Of a stretch of 64,000 nucleotides of DNA, positions 37,950-50,188 are shown in pieces. Numbering within the stretch: the first letter of the stretch is position 1; every line of letters starts with the position of its first letter. This DNA comes from Octopus sinensis. Lineage: Eukaryota. The stretch covers positions 16,182,001-16,246,000 of the forward strand of contig NC_043006.1 of NCBI RefSeq assembly GCF_006345805.1. The letters run 5' to 3'. The position numbers were made by a program, and so were the translations under genes. Under the pieces are notes generated by a model. It worked only from the letters and a program-made list of their open reading frames with translations. It had not been told where the DNA came from and made no database searches.

Positions 37950-38617
37950 AGACCATAAACCCATGTCTCATCACCGGTGATGAGGGTTTTCATGAAGTCT
38001 GGTTTACACAATCTAGCATGTCCTGAGCGATTTCCATGCGAAGTTGCTTCTGCTGGTCTGCCAGCACTTTGGGGAAGAATTTCGCCGACACTCTTTGCAT
38101 GCACAAATTGAAATCCACTGATCCTGTGCTTATTCTCACTTCATGAGCAACTCCTGAATTGTTACACAATGGTCTTCAATGGCTATTCGCCGAACCTTTT
38201 CAATCAGCTCCTCATTTCAGCTTCAAGGACTGTTTGAGTGAGCCTTGCTCCCCAATGAAGTGCAGCCATGTTTGAAGCGGTTCTACCATTCCCTCATCTG
38301 AGTATGTCCCGTGGCATCATCGCCAAAAGCCTGCTGAATCTTTTGGATGGTTTGAGTTTGACTGTCACCATGCTTTTTGGCTAAAACTTGATGCAATATC
38401 TCCGTTGGATGAGTTCGATGAAGCGAAAATTATACGAGGCGCACTACACATCTGTCTTCTAGGCGTAACAGTCGGAAACTGCTGCGGCCCAGTGGTGCGA
38501 AAATTTTCAAACATACGCAGAAAGGGTGGCGTCACCTTCCACCCAAAAGATTATGACATATGCGGCATTAGTTTTGATGGGAAAAAATAAAGTCGGATAT
38601 TTTTTAACACACTTCGT
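37950..38617 (-). mobile_element. Mariner remnant (5' TIR, HTH region, first catalytic Asp)
   Basis: TACGAAGTGTGTTAAAAAATATCCGAC terminus; QTIQKIQQAFGDDA, PDFMKTLITGDETWVYG. Confidence 0.85.
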
Positions 38618-38708
38618 ATGCATGTAGGTTTAGGTTTATGTATAAGCTGAGGGCCATATATTGAAATTTAATTCTTGGAAAGCTGTAGCCAAAGCAATTA
38701 TATATATA

Positions 38709-38821
38709 TTTCTAAATTTAATTATTTAATCGTTACAGTTGAAAAGGTCTCAAAATGACCGAAACCGGTACTGAAATGTTCTTTATAAAATTATTTTAGC
38801 ATTTTCTATCTTGACTTGTTT

Positions 38822-38827
<6 letters not shown>
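38709..38827 (+). mobile_element. Solo fragment of the 15502 PLE terminal repeat, including the U3-A8 hammerhead (38736-38773)
   Basis: Close match to 16764-16883; the hammerhead segment is identical; flanked by (TA)n. Confidence 0.85.
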
Positions 38828-38871
<44 letters not shown>

Positions 38872-38930
38872 AGAAACATGGTCACACAGCTGTGTGCGTC
38901 TGTTTGCATATATATAATAAAAAATCAGTT

Positions 38931-38989
<59 letters not shown>

Positions 38990-39243
38990 GAACGTACGTG
39001 ATGGCGCACGTAAAGTGTGCGTATGCGAGATTCATTGCCATTCTATGGAGACAATACTCAGGTTACAAATAGTTTAGTCATAATATATATATGATGTGTG
39101 TGTGTGTGTGTGTGTGTGCGTAAAGTAAATTGGGTAACCGGAAAGCTAGCAGTACATAAGTGTTCAGAAAAAATTTCCCTCCCCGCCATTGTATACGTTT
39201 TTATGCTTTCACAGAGATATCAGACAACGCAGTCTTAGTCTTT

Positions 39244-39419
39244 TATGCTCTTCTGTTAGTGTTTAAGAGATTAAAACCAAAAATGAAACATAAAAAAAGC
39301 AGGTCACACAAATATTACGAGAAAATAAGATAACATCACATCATTATAAGGTGTCGGATTGTCGTTTACAAACGCAAAGTAATAAATAGTTTTGTCTCGG
39401 TAAAGAGGAAGTATTACCA
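39244..39419 (+). repeat. Left arm of long inverted repeat (partner 41558-41719)
   Basis: High-identity reverse complement with one indel of about 12 bp. Confidence 0.9.
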
Positions 39420-39853
39420 ATCGTAGCATTAAATCTTATATTGCTGCTACTATTTGTTTATACATTTTTTGTTATTTTTGACATTATTTATTGATTTTAT
39501 TTTTTTTTTGTCTTCCTCCACATCTTTTAACGAATGTGTTTATCTTTCTTTTTTTTCTTTTATCTCTTATTTTTAGCTTCTTTTAGTCATTGGACTGCTC
39601 CGATGCTGGGACACCGCCTTGAAGGGTTTAGTTCTACCTATAACAGAAAAAGAATATTTGCTTACAAAATATCATCTCGTAGAACAGGAGTTCAAATTCT
39701 ACTGAGCGTGACTATGCCTTCCATATTTATATAATCACATAAGTAATTACCATGCACGTGTAGAGCTGTTTCCTTCGTTAATAATCACCTCATCTAAGCT
39801 TAGGGTTTCGTGTCAGCACTAAAGCCAATTTCTGTATTAAATTTACATTACCG

Positions 39854-40290
39854 CGATCTTTTCGGTTTGAACGGCAGTTTTTCTAGGGGTGTCATATGAA
39901 ATTGTCACCCATAATTATGACCCTAGTATCGATCTATTGCATTTCTATCTGTTTTAGGGTTAGGGTTAGTTAGGGTTAATTAGGGTTAGGGTTAGGGTTA
40001 GGGGTGGGGGAAGGGTATCTTTTTTCTTCACAAATGTAAATAAACGCAATCTGTTTCTTAAACGAAGGACATATTCATACGGCACAGAATGTTTTCAATA
40101 GACGTCATTGATTGGTAGAAATTGCAGAAATTAAAAAAAAAAAAAAATATCTTACAAACTATAGAATTTTCTCAATAAAGCCAAGAGAAAAAGATGTTTT
40201 AAAAACACATTCTACCAGTATACGAAGTTTAAAAGTGTTTAGTTACGTGGAAATTATTTAAAAAAACTGCCGGTCAAACCAAAAAGATCC
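39854..40290 (+). mobile_element. Merlin-like MITE with expanded (TTAGGG)n
   Basis: Same TIRs and body as 31372; longer TTAGGG tract at about 39954-40003; no TSD seen. Confidence 0.9.
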
Positions 40291-40502
40291 AAATAGTTCC
40301 TTAATTTGATACACTCGACTGCTAATTGGCAGAGTCGTTAGAGGGTCGGTTACATTGCTTTGAAATCAGGCTCTCTGGTTTCAAATCCTTCATGGGCCAA
40401 CTTTGTTTTTCAGCCTCTCAGGAGTCAAGTAAAGTTCTGTACAGTGGGGCCGATTTTTCTCTTCCCCCCTCTCTCCCTCTCTCTCTCTCTCCTTCTCTCT
40501 CT

Positions 40503-40536
<34 letters not shown>

Positions 40537-40665
40537 CTGACCTTGTCTCCTCTCCTTTGGAAGAAAAAGTTTTCAAACAAGAACAGACTCGTCCAGGTCT
40601 AAAAATGCCTAGGACATGCCTTATGTCTCGACAACGGCCCTGGTGGTTGAGGACTCAAAGTGAGA

Positions 40666-41496
40666 AGTGGGTTTAATAGAAATTGAACCATTGATGAAGT
40701 ACTCCTAAAAAGAAAATAAGTATGTTAAATTGACAGGAAAAAAAGAAAAGAAAAAAGAAAACAGAAAAAGGAGGAAAAAAAAGAATGAGTAAAGTGTGTT
40801 ATGTTATGTTTTTAAAATATTGAAAAATAGAAGAACAATTGTAGAAAATGTATATAACGGTTCAAATACTTGCAATGGTATGTAACACGATAATTAATTG
40901 TTATATAAATCTTTATATATAAAAGTGAAGTTGTGTGTCTGTCTCCTACGATTTAGATTCCTAACTACTCCCACATTTTGCGGTGCAGTTTAACCAAAAC
41001 CGGGTATCTTATAGTCGTGATTCATATCGAGCCCTTCTGGGTATTAGCGCGCGTCTACGATGAGTCTATGATTTTAAAAATAATTTACCATCATTTTTTC
41101 CATTTTAATGTATTTTTTCGCTATTATATAAGGGAAGTAACTCTCTAAAAATGTCTACGATGAGTCAACGATTTTAAAAAAAATTTACCATCATTTTTTT
41201 CCATTTTTAATGCATGTTTTTGCTATTTTTTGGCTATAACTCTCTAAAAATGCTTATATAATTATTTCCCTTACAAACCCGAGCAATGCCGGGCGATACT
41301 GCTAGTACATGATAAAAATGGACTGTAAAAAATTAATGGTACTGCATGTGATGAGAGGCGCATGCAGCCATTCATAACCTCATTGTTATATAATCATCTC
41401 ATTCATATTCGTTTTATGTATTGTCCCCTCTGTGGTATCCTGTCTGTCCTCGTTCGTCCCCCTTCTATTTTGGGCCCTGGTGGCTAATAAAGAAAA
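40666..41496 (+). mobile_element. Probable non-LTR retrotransposon 3' end with nested Helitron
   Basis: 17-bp direct repeat GAGGACTCAAAGTGAGA at 40649-40665 and 41497-41513; ends AATAAAGAAAA; tail resembles the SINE B tail. No diagnostic peptide seen. Confidence 0.6.
40910..41305 (+). mobile_element. Non-autonomous Helitron
   Basis: 5' TC, subterminal hairpin CCCGAGCAATGCCGGG (41278-41293), 3' CTAG, inserted between A and T; internal tandem duplication of about 100 bp. Confidence 0.9.
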
Positions 41497-41557
41497 GAGG
41501 ACTCAAAGTGAGACAATTTGATAGAAAACCAACAATTTATTTCTACTAATACATTGC

Positions 41558-41719
41558 TGGTAATACTTCCTCTTTACCGAGACAAAACTATTTATTACTT
41601 TGCGTTTGTAAACGACAATCCGACACCTTATAATGATGTGGTGTTATCTTATTTTCTCGTAATATTTGTGTGACCTGCTTTTTTATGTTTCATCTTTTAA
41701 ACACTAATAGAAGAGCATA
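41558..41719 (-). repeat. Right arm of long inverted repeat (partner 39244-39419)
   Basis: Direct sequence comparison. Confidence 0.9.
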
Positions 41720-41897
41720 TTCTATTGATCCCAGTTTGATCTCAATATTTCAAATTCTTGACTTCAAATTGTTTTCAACTCAAAATCTAGAAATGTTTTT
41801 GCAAATTCATTATTTATATTATTATAATTAATTAACTATATTACAATTAAATAATATAAATCTTGTCAACGTGCAGCTCTCTTATACATCTCTGTTG

Positions 41898-42044
41898 GGA
41901 TCTTTTCGGTTTGAACGGCAGTTTTTTTCTAGCGGTGTCATATGAAATTGTCATCCATAATTATGACCCTAGTATCGATCTATTGCATTTCAATCTGTTT
42001 TAGAGTTAGGGTTAGTTAGGGTTAGTTAGGGTTGGGGTTAGGGT
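41898..42044 (+). mobile_element. Merlin-like MITE, truncated at the TTAGGG tract
   Basis: One TIR plus body; homology ends after ...GGGGTTAGGG. Confidence 0.9.
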
Positions 42045-42130
42045 AATCCATTACACTAGTCAATTACTTTATTAATCTCGAAAGTATAAAAGGTGAAGTT
42101 GAAGACTTAGCGTATGGTATTCTATTTAAG

Positions 42131-42548
42131 AAGGCGGCGAGCTGGCAGAAACGTTAGCACGCCGGGCGAAATGCGTAGCTGTAATTCGTCTGTCGTTACA
42201 CTGTGAGTTCAAATTCCGCCGAGGTCGACTTTGCCTTTCATCCTTTCGGGGTCGATTAAATAAGTACCAGTTACGCACTGGGGTCAATATAATCGACTTT
42301 AATCCGTTTGTCTGTCCTTGTTTGTCCTCTCTGCGTTTAGCCCCTTGTGGATGGTAAAGAAATAGGTATTTCGTCTGCCGCTACGTTCTGAGTTCAAATT
42401 CCGCCGGGTCGACTTTACCTTTCATCCTTTCGGGGTCGGGATATTAAGTACCAGTTGAGTACTGGGGTCAATATAATCGACTTTAATCCGTTTGTCTGTC
42501 CTTGTTTGTCCCCTCTATGTTTAGCCCCTTGTGGGCAATAATGAAATA
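42131..42548 (+). mobile_element. SINE family B, head plus two tandem bodies
   Basis: Second unit begins at 42365 with the GAAATA-GGTATTTC junction also seen at 7051. Confidence 0.9.
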
Positions 42549-42908
42549 AGAATTGTTAACACGCCGGGCATAATGGCGTTTCGTCCATTTCCACGATCCA
42601 AGTTCAAATTCCGCCGAGCTCGATTTTGCCTTTCATCCTTCCCCAGATTTTGCCTTTCATCCTTCCCCAGAAACTCTTGACCTTGTGGCAAAAGTTTGAA
42701 ACCAATATTCAAACCGGCTTCTATTAAAAAGAGATAATACAAGAAATGTTGATTCAGAGATGTAACACTTTTTCTACAAATGGCCTTGTGCCGATATAAG
42801 AATTAAATATTTGTCTTCAAGAAGACACTAAGTCTCATAGGACAAGATTAGTTGATACAGAGAAGCTTCTTTCATTTTGAAGATTGTGTTGTTATGTACA
42901 TAACAAAT

Positions 42909-43296
42909 GTGGAGGCGCAATGGCCCAGTGGTTAGGGCAGCGGACTCGCGGTCATAGGATCGTGGTTTCGATTCCCAGACCGGGCGTTGTGAGTGTTTAT
43001 TGAGCGAAAACACCTAAAGCTCCACGAGGCTCCGGCAGGGGATGGTGGTGATCCCTGCTGTACTCTTTCACCACAACTTTCTCTCACTCTTACTTCCTGT
43101 TTCTGTTGTACCTGTATTTCAAAGGGCCGGCCTTGCCACTCTCTGTGTCACGCTGAATATCCCCGAGAACTACGTTAAGGGTACACGTGTCTGTGGAGTG
43201 CTCAGCCACTTACACGTTAATTTCACGAGCAGGCTGTTCCGTTGATTCGGATCAACCGGAACCCTCGTCGTCGTAACCGACGGAGTGCTTCCATCC
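42909..43296 (+). mobile_element. SINE family C, full length
   Basis: GTGGAGGCGCAATGGCCCAGTGGTTAGG A-box, GGTTTCGATTCCC B-box; TSD ACATAACAAAT at 42898-42908 and 43297-43307. Confidence 0.95.
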
Positions 43297-45175
43297 ACAT
43301 AACAAATATTTAAATATTTCAGGTAACAAATGGCAGTGTTTTTACTTTTTATTTCTAGCAAAGTAATTCTGTATGTTTTTACTTTTGTGTTACCGAATTA
43401 TCACGAGTGTAACATTGTCAGTGATAAAACAGTTGTATAATTCTATAATTCTTTATTATGTTCTTCCATAAATGAATAATAAAAAGCTTTGAGATGTTAT
43501 TTTTCTACTGAGTATATTTATATGTGCGAAAAATGTTGCTGTAAAATATCAAAGAATATTTAGAATATATTTGTTTCACTTGCAGAAATTAATACTAAAA
43601 CATGTTCAAGAAACAATTTTTAGAAAACTGAAAGCATCTGGTTATTTTACGACTTTTCAATTGTAGGATGCCTTCCAAATTTTTGTAAAAATACATAAAA
43701 TCTTACAAACTATTAAATTCTATTGTTCCCACTTTATTTATTCAGTGTCAAAAACCAGAAATCATTTTGGTGTGTTGACGTTACTGCAAGTTTTCAAGAT
43801 ATGAAAACTGTTATTAGATATTTCCTTTGATAATACACTAGTCTATCATATACTTTCTCAAAAAACAGAAGCTAATTTTCCTTCTTAACTGTGAGCAAAC
43901 GAATCACTCTACTTATACGTGGTTTATGCTTTCTTTAAACATACACTTTACTGTATCATGGTTTCTATTAACTTTAACCTGACCAGAGGGAGTTGTATTT
44001 TGGCCAGAATTCAAGACGTTTCTAACGGCAGTATATGTACTAGATTATTCAACCCTTTGGTTAGCTATGGCTCTTATTAAGTTCTCTATATTCCATAGTA
44101 AAGTTTAAAAATATTTCTATACAGATGTCTACGTGCACTTTAAAGAATATAATTTCTTGCTTCTTTTTCTCTGAGCGCGTATGTGTGTGTGTGTACACAA
44201 TACATACACATATATGTATGAGATGTAATAGAAAATGTGCAGTTCAATATTTTTCCTATGATCATTAATGTCTATTGAAACCACACAGTGGCTTCAGTAC
44301 GCTAAGACTTGCCCCTTGTTCCACTGCAGACATCTCTTCAGATCTCTATTTTCCACTGTTTACGTTTTATAAAATGCATTGCCAGTAATATAATAGTTCT
44401 GAAATGAATTCAAAATAGATCATTCGAACGAATAAACTTTTACACAAAATAGATTTATCTTGATATTAATTCAGATATCAAAACTCCCTCATCTGTATAA
44501 TAGAATATATAGTTCACAGTAAAATGCTAAAAGTACAAATCTGTGAAGTTGTACACACTGATAAAGACGTTTCAATAAATATTTGAAATGGTTCTGATTG
44601 GTAAATTGATAAAATACAGAATTAACAATGATTCATTACATTTTACTATCTTTTTTATGGAAAACTGCAGCAAAAGATGCCGTGAAAAGTTCGAAAGTTT
44701 TTTTGTTTTTTGTGTACTACGAAGTGATGCTTGCTTATTATTATCTACCTGGTTAGAAATTTTAAATGTTTAAGATACGATAATTATCTAAGTAAATACT
44801 TCAGTGTTATGTATTAAGTATAGAATTACCAATCATATGGCGGATAATTTTCGAAGAGTGCTTTGTCACCGTAGGGAATATGGCATGCATACAATAATCG
44901 TAATTTAACTTTTACCAAACTTTTTGGTGCTTATACAAGATGATGAAATGACTACTAGTTTTCAAAACAAAAATATTACCTTAAAATAATTTAAATAAAA
45001 AACAAAATTCTCATTCATGTAATTCTTCTCATAAGTCCTTATAATTACTCATTAGTAATTTACTCTCTCATAAGTAATTTACTCCCTCTCCTCTCCATCC
45101 TCTATCTCTGTGACTATTTCTCTCTCGCTAAATGTGTATAGCATTCTGTTGCCCATTACCTGTATCTCTTATGTT

Positions 45176-45229
<54 letters not shown>

Positions 45230-45659
45230 CTATTTCTCGTATCACTCTTCATATCATTTACGATATGAAGCGAGTCCGGAGAAATCAAATAACCAACCAA
45301 CCAGCCAATATTTATATCGGTTATTATATAAAGATATAGTAAGCAAAATCACTTATTTCATAAGCGCATATTTCGTAACGCAAAATAAGATATGCGAGGT
45401 AAATAAAATAAGCTCTAAAAAGCCTCAAAGAGATTTTAAACAATTTTGCAAAAAAACTATTTGCACAACAACACCTCTTTGGTTTCATATTTTTCCTGAC
45501 TTCGTGTTCAAATTTCTCTTCGAGATTTCCTCTTATTCAGCTGGTTGAATCTCTTCTTTCTTAGACAAATTCTACATTTATTAAATACCTCGTTTCGTGG
45601 AATGATTCTTTTGAAACCAGCATCATTTTTTGGTGATCAAAATGGTTTATGTATTTCTA

Positions 45660-45823
45660 AGGCGTAGGAGTGGCTGTGTGGTAAGTAGCTTGCTTACCAG
45701 CTACATGGTTCCGGGTTCAGTCCCACTGCGTGGCACCTTGGGCAAGTGTCTTCTACTATAACCTCAGGCCGACCAAAGCCTTGTGAGTGGATTTGGTAGA
45801 CGGAAACTGAAAGAAGCCCGTCG

Positions 45824-45858
<35 letters not shown>

Positions 45859-46069
45859 TTGTGTGTCTGTATTTGTCCCCCCAACATCGCCTGACAACCG
45901 ATGCTGGTGTGTTTACGTCCCCGTAACTTAGCGGTTCGGCAATAGAGACCGATACAATAAGTACTAGGCATACAAAGAATAAATCCTGCGGTCGATTTGC
46001 TCGACTAAAGGCAGTGCTCCAGCATGGCCACAGTCAAATGACTAAAACAAGTAAAAGAGTAAAAGAGTA
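45660..46069 (+). mobile_element. SINE family A, full length
   Basis: Complete head, internal microsatellite, (TAAAAGAG)n tail. Confidence 0.95.
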
Positions 46070-46344
46070 AAAAGTCTTTCCTTGGTGTTGCGAATGAATC
46101 TTCAACAAATATAGATTCAGCTGTTTTTTATAGAATCATTTGACAAATCTTTGCTCTAAATAATACATTAACTCATTTATTCGCTTTAGATGATAACACA
46201 TACGATCCATATTAGATAAAAAAAATATGTATGGAGAGAAGGAAGAGAAGGAAGAGAAAGAAAGAAAGAAAGAGGAGGAGAGATCTAAGGAACTATAAGT
46301 TAGAAAAAGATACGCATAGAGTGAGTATATTAATTAAAGTACAA

Positions 46345-46448
46345 AGTATTATAGACCCATTACAGCCGATTTTACCAATCGATTTCACACAGGATTATCT
46401 AATATCCTGCGCGATTAGTAAGATCGGCTGTAATAGATCTATAATACT
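46345..46448. repeat. Long imperfect hairpin
   Basis: AGTATTATAGACCCATTACAGCCGATTTTACCAATCG pairs with CGATTAGTAAGATCGGCTGTAATAGATCTATAATACT; inner CAGGAT/ATCCTG stem. Confidence 0.85.
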
Positions 46449-46481
46449 GTTTATTTTGATTTATACACCCACACATAAGCA

Positions 46482-46523
<42 letters not shown>

Positions 46524-46527
<4 letters not shown>

Positions 46528-46778
46528 GTAGGATAACTTTTTTTCGAAAACAAATTTTATCAATGGCCAGCATATTAAAAAAATACCTTTAAAGGTTAAA
46601 TTTATAAACAACTTATAAATAAGGACAAACGAAAAGATTTCTAATGCCCAATATGCCGAAATTGGACATATTGTCCATAACCATATAATAACCATATAAA
46701 TTATATGGTTATGGACAATATGGCAAATTTCGGCATATCTGTCATTAGAAATTTTTTCGTTTGCCCTTATTTATAAGT

Positions 46779-46781
<3 letters not shown>
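46524..46781. mobile_element. Probable PLE terminal remnant with foldback (46608-46781) between (TA)n tracts
   Basis: Inverted arms of about 80 bp; TGGCCAGCAT..AAAA..ACCTT.AAAGGT is shared with 61859 and 63526. Confidence 0.55.
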
Positions 46782-46839
<58 letters not shown>

Positions 46840-47289
46840 ATGTATGTATGTATGTATGTATGTATCACCGACCTACTTTTTGACATTCAGGATGAGTTTA
46901 AAATCTTATGAATATGAAACAAGAATAAGTTAAATTCAGCTATAAATGGAATATTTCCACAGATAAAGTACTTTAACATTTTTCATTTTTTTCTCTGACA
47001 TTCAATAAACATTGTTGAATATGACATATTAAATTAAAGATAAATTTCAATTCTACAGATTACACATAATCTACAGAATATCAGACTATAGTGAATGTTG
47101 ATTCCAGTTTCCGCCATTTCGAAACACTAAATTTTTTTCTGTTTGAGAACCTCCGGTGTATGTCATCGATATCTAAATGTTGACAATCTAACTCACCAGG
47201 CTATGAATAATTCTATCGATAAGACACTGGTAACTGCTGTGTGTCTGGGGAGTACTAAATAATCATTTCTACTAAAGCCACAAGGCATG

Positions 47290-47646
47290 AAATATACGGT
47301 GGGGGGGGGGGGCTAGTCGATTACATTGACCCCAGTATTTTACTGGTACTTAATTTATCGATCGAAAGGTGAAAGGTAAAGTCGACCTCGGCGATATTTG
47401 AACTCAGAAATATCTATTTCTTTACTACCCACGAGGGGATAAACACAGAGAGGACAAACAAGGACAGACAAACGGATTAAGTCGATTATATCGACCCCAG
47501 TACGTAACTGGTACTTAGTTTATCGACCCCGAAAGGATGAAAGGCAAAGTCGACCTCGGCGGAATTTGAACTCAGAACGTAGCGGCAGACGAAATACCGA
47601 TGAGCATTTTGCTCGGCGTGCTGACGTTTCTGCCAGCTCGCCGCCT
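47290..47646 (-). mobile_element. SINE family B full copy followed by an older B-related body
   Basis: Full monomer at about 47414-47646, then a second GTCGAC/CTTTCA domain at about 47290-47410. Confidence 0.9.
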
Positions 47647-47996
47647 TGGAGAGCACTATATAATGTAATCTAGTTTGTATAGTTTAAAATTCTCACTAGG
47701 AATCGTTGGACTCGAGAACCCATAAAAGAGCTTTGTTCAATGAAAATCTTGTCTACAAAAATCATCATTTGCAGCACTACCGCTTTATAGTAAAAAGCTA
47801 TGAGGCTTCTTTTTACTTTCATTCTTAACTTTCCTAATGATTAATATAATGGGTTTGCTTCAAAATGACTCACATATTTTACAATTGTAACGCAAGCAAC
47901 GACATGCAGATATGTAGATATATTTTCTAACAAAAAATTAACTGACTACAGATAGTCTCGCAACAGAATTTTTCACATCGAAACAAAGATTAATAA

Positions 47997-50188
47997 TGCT
48001 GACTTACAGAGAAGTTGAGGCAAACATAAAAATTGTTGTTCTGACCTAATTTTGAGGTTCTTATGTCAGGTACAAAACCAGTTTTCACTCATCACCTCTA
48101 GTCTTTGAGATATACATTATTATGATTTTGCAACAATTCACGTAACCATATATATGATCAGTTTGTATTTTGTTTTCCAGATTTTTGTGATACATATGGT
48201 ACATATCTTTACAATGGCTTGAGGCACTTCAAAACATCGAGGATGCATCAACAAGGCAAATTTATTCTGCTATGTATGAGGGTATTTCATGACAGTTGCA
48301 CAGCGCCAAACAATTACTTCCTTCCTGAGAACTGCTTACTTTCATTATTTTGACTGTAAAATCGGAGCTCATGACAAATCCTGGTCCCCACACATCTGTT
48401 GTAAACCCTGCTACAAGGGACTAACTGCATGGTTTAACGGCAAGAAAGCAGCCTTCAACATTGCTGTCCCGATGGTCTGGAGAGAGCTACGAAGCCATGC
48501 AGATGATTGTTATTTTTTGTCTAACAAATATAACATATTTCAATACTTCTAGAAAAAAAATTAAATATCCCAACCTTCCCTCAGCTATGAGATCTTCTCC
48601 TCACTCAAATGATCTCCATGTCCCTACACCCCCAGCAAATAAAGATCTTCTTCATTCATCAGATGAAGAAATGCCTTCAGGGGAAGATTCTGCCAAGTCG
48701 ATTTCTTCTGAAGACAATGTCTGTTTATTCAGGAGCAAGTGACACTGAGAGCCACTGGATCATGCAGGAAGACCTAAATGACCTTGCCCGTGATTTTTAT
48801 CTATCTGAGCAGCAGTCACAGCTCCTGGCATCCCGGCTTAAGCAGTAGAACTTGGTCAAGGCAGATGTAAGGATTACCAGTTTCAGGACAGGGAACTAGG
48901 ACTTTGCTTCATTATTCGACATGGAAAACAGGTTGTGTTACAGCACAAATGTCTCTGGTTTCTTTACCTTCCTTGGTTTCCCACACAAGCCCTCAGACTG
49001 GCGCCTTTTCATAGATTCCTCCAAGCGAAGTCTGAAGGCTGTGCTCCTGCACAATGGGAATAAATACCCCAGCTTTCTCTTTGTCTACTGAAGGAGTCAT
49101 ATGACAATATGGAGCTCCTTTTGGAAGCTGTCAAATACAACTAGCACTAGTGGAGTCTCTGTAGGGACTTCAAGGTCATTGGGCTCCTTATGGCTATGCA
49201 AGCAGGCTTCACAGTATAATAATTTCTCTGTCTCTGGGACAGACAGGCTGTGTTCGCGCACTACAAGCAGAAGGACTGGGGATCTTTCAGTACTTCTGTG
49301 CCTAGTGAACACAGTGTCCAAGAAAATATTCTGGTGGACATGAACAAGGTACTTCTTCTTCCTCTTCATATAAAGCTGGGTTTAATGAAGAAGGCCATGG
49401 ACAAAAATGGCGCTGCCTTCCAACACTTGTGCACTCTGATCCCAGCTTTAAGTTCTGCTAAGTTCAGGGAGGGCATCTTCGTCGGATCTCGGACCCGAGA
49501 GGTGCTGGAGGATAAGGACTTTGAGGGGCTTCTTACTTTAAAGAAACTGAGAAAATTGGAAGCATTTAAGTCAGTCGGCCATGGCTTCCTTGGTAACACA
49601 TGGGTACTAGATTACCAAGAGTGTATCGAGAAGTTGTTACAGTCTTATGAAATATGGGATGGCGAGCGTCACCCAAAATTCATCTCTCACTCCTACCTCA
49701 ACTTCTACCCCCGAAGTTCGGAGTAATGAGTGATGAGCATGGAGAAAGGTTGCACCAATATATTACTAAGATGGGGAGCAACTACCAAGGCAAGTGGAAC
49801 CCCAGCATGATGGGGGACTTTTGTTGCATGCTCTAGCATAACATCCCGGAAGCAAAGTACACAAGATCATCCAAAACACTCACTTCTAACTGTCTGCTGT
49901 ACTATGATTTGTGTGTATTGTATTATCGAATTAATTTAGTTCCATCAATGTTCTGTATCTGTGCTATTTTTTCTGTAATATGCCTTTGTAACAGATGAAA
50001 TACACACATTATATTTTGAATTTATATGCAGTATAATTAAAATGAGATATCTGCAAGCAAAAAATCTAGAGGTGATAGAGCAAAACTGATAACAAAATCG
50101 AATTCACCATATCAAAATTAGTAAAAAAAAAAACACCTATTCACATCCTTGCCTTGAAAGCAAATAAAAAAGTTTTTGTAAACCAGTG
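47997..50188 (+). mobile_element. Chapaev3-like (CMC) DNA transposon, near full length, inactivated
   Basis: DKSWSPHICC, VPMVWRE..HADDCYFC, KYPNLPSAMR, LNDLARD, WRLFIDSSKRSLKAVLLHNGN, LPLHIKLGLMK, SDEHGERLHQ; 3' end CAGTG followed by TAA; decayed 5' terminus preceded by TAA. Superfamily assigned from recall of motifs and termini. Confidence 0.75.

Noticed and set aside
39954-40010. True telomere or chromosome fusion scar
   Set aside because: TTAGGG tracts are short and sit at a fixed position inside a MITE.
42909-42985. tRNA gene (likewise at 21700, 58329, 60387 and other SINE heads)
   Set aside because: A/B boxes continue into SINE bodies bounded by TSDs; no complete cloverleaf with terminator seen.
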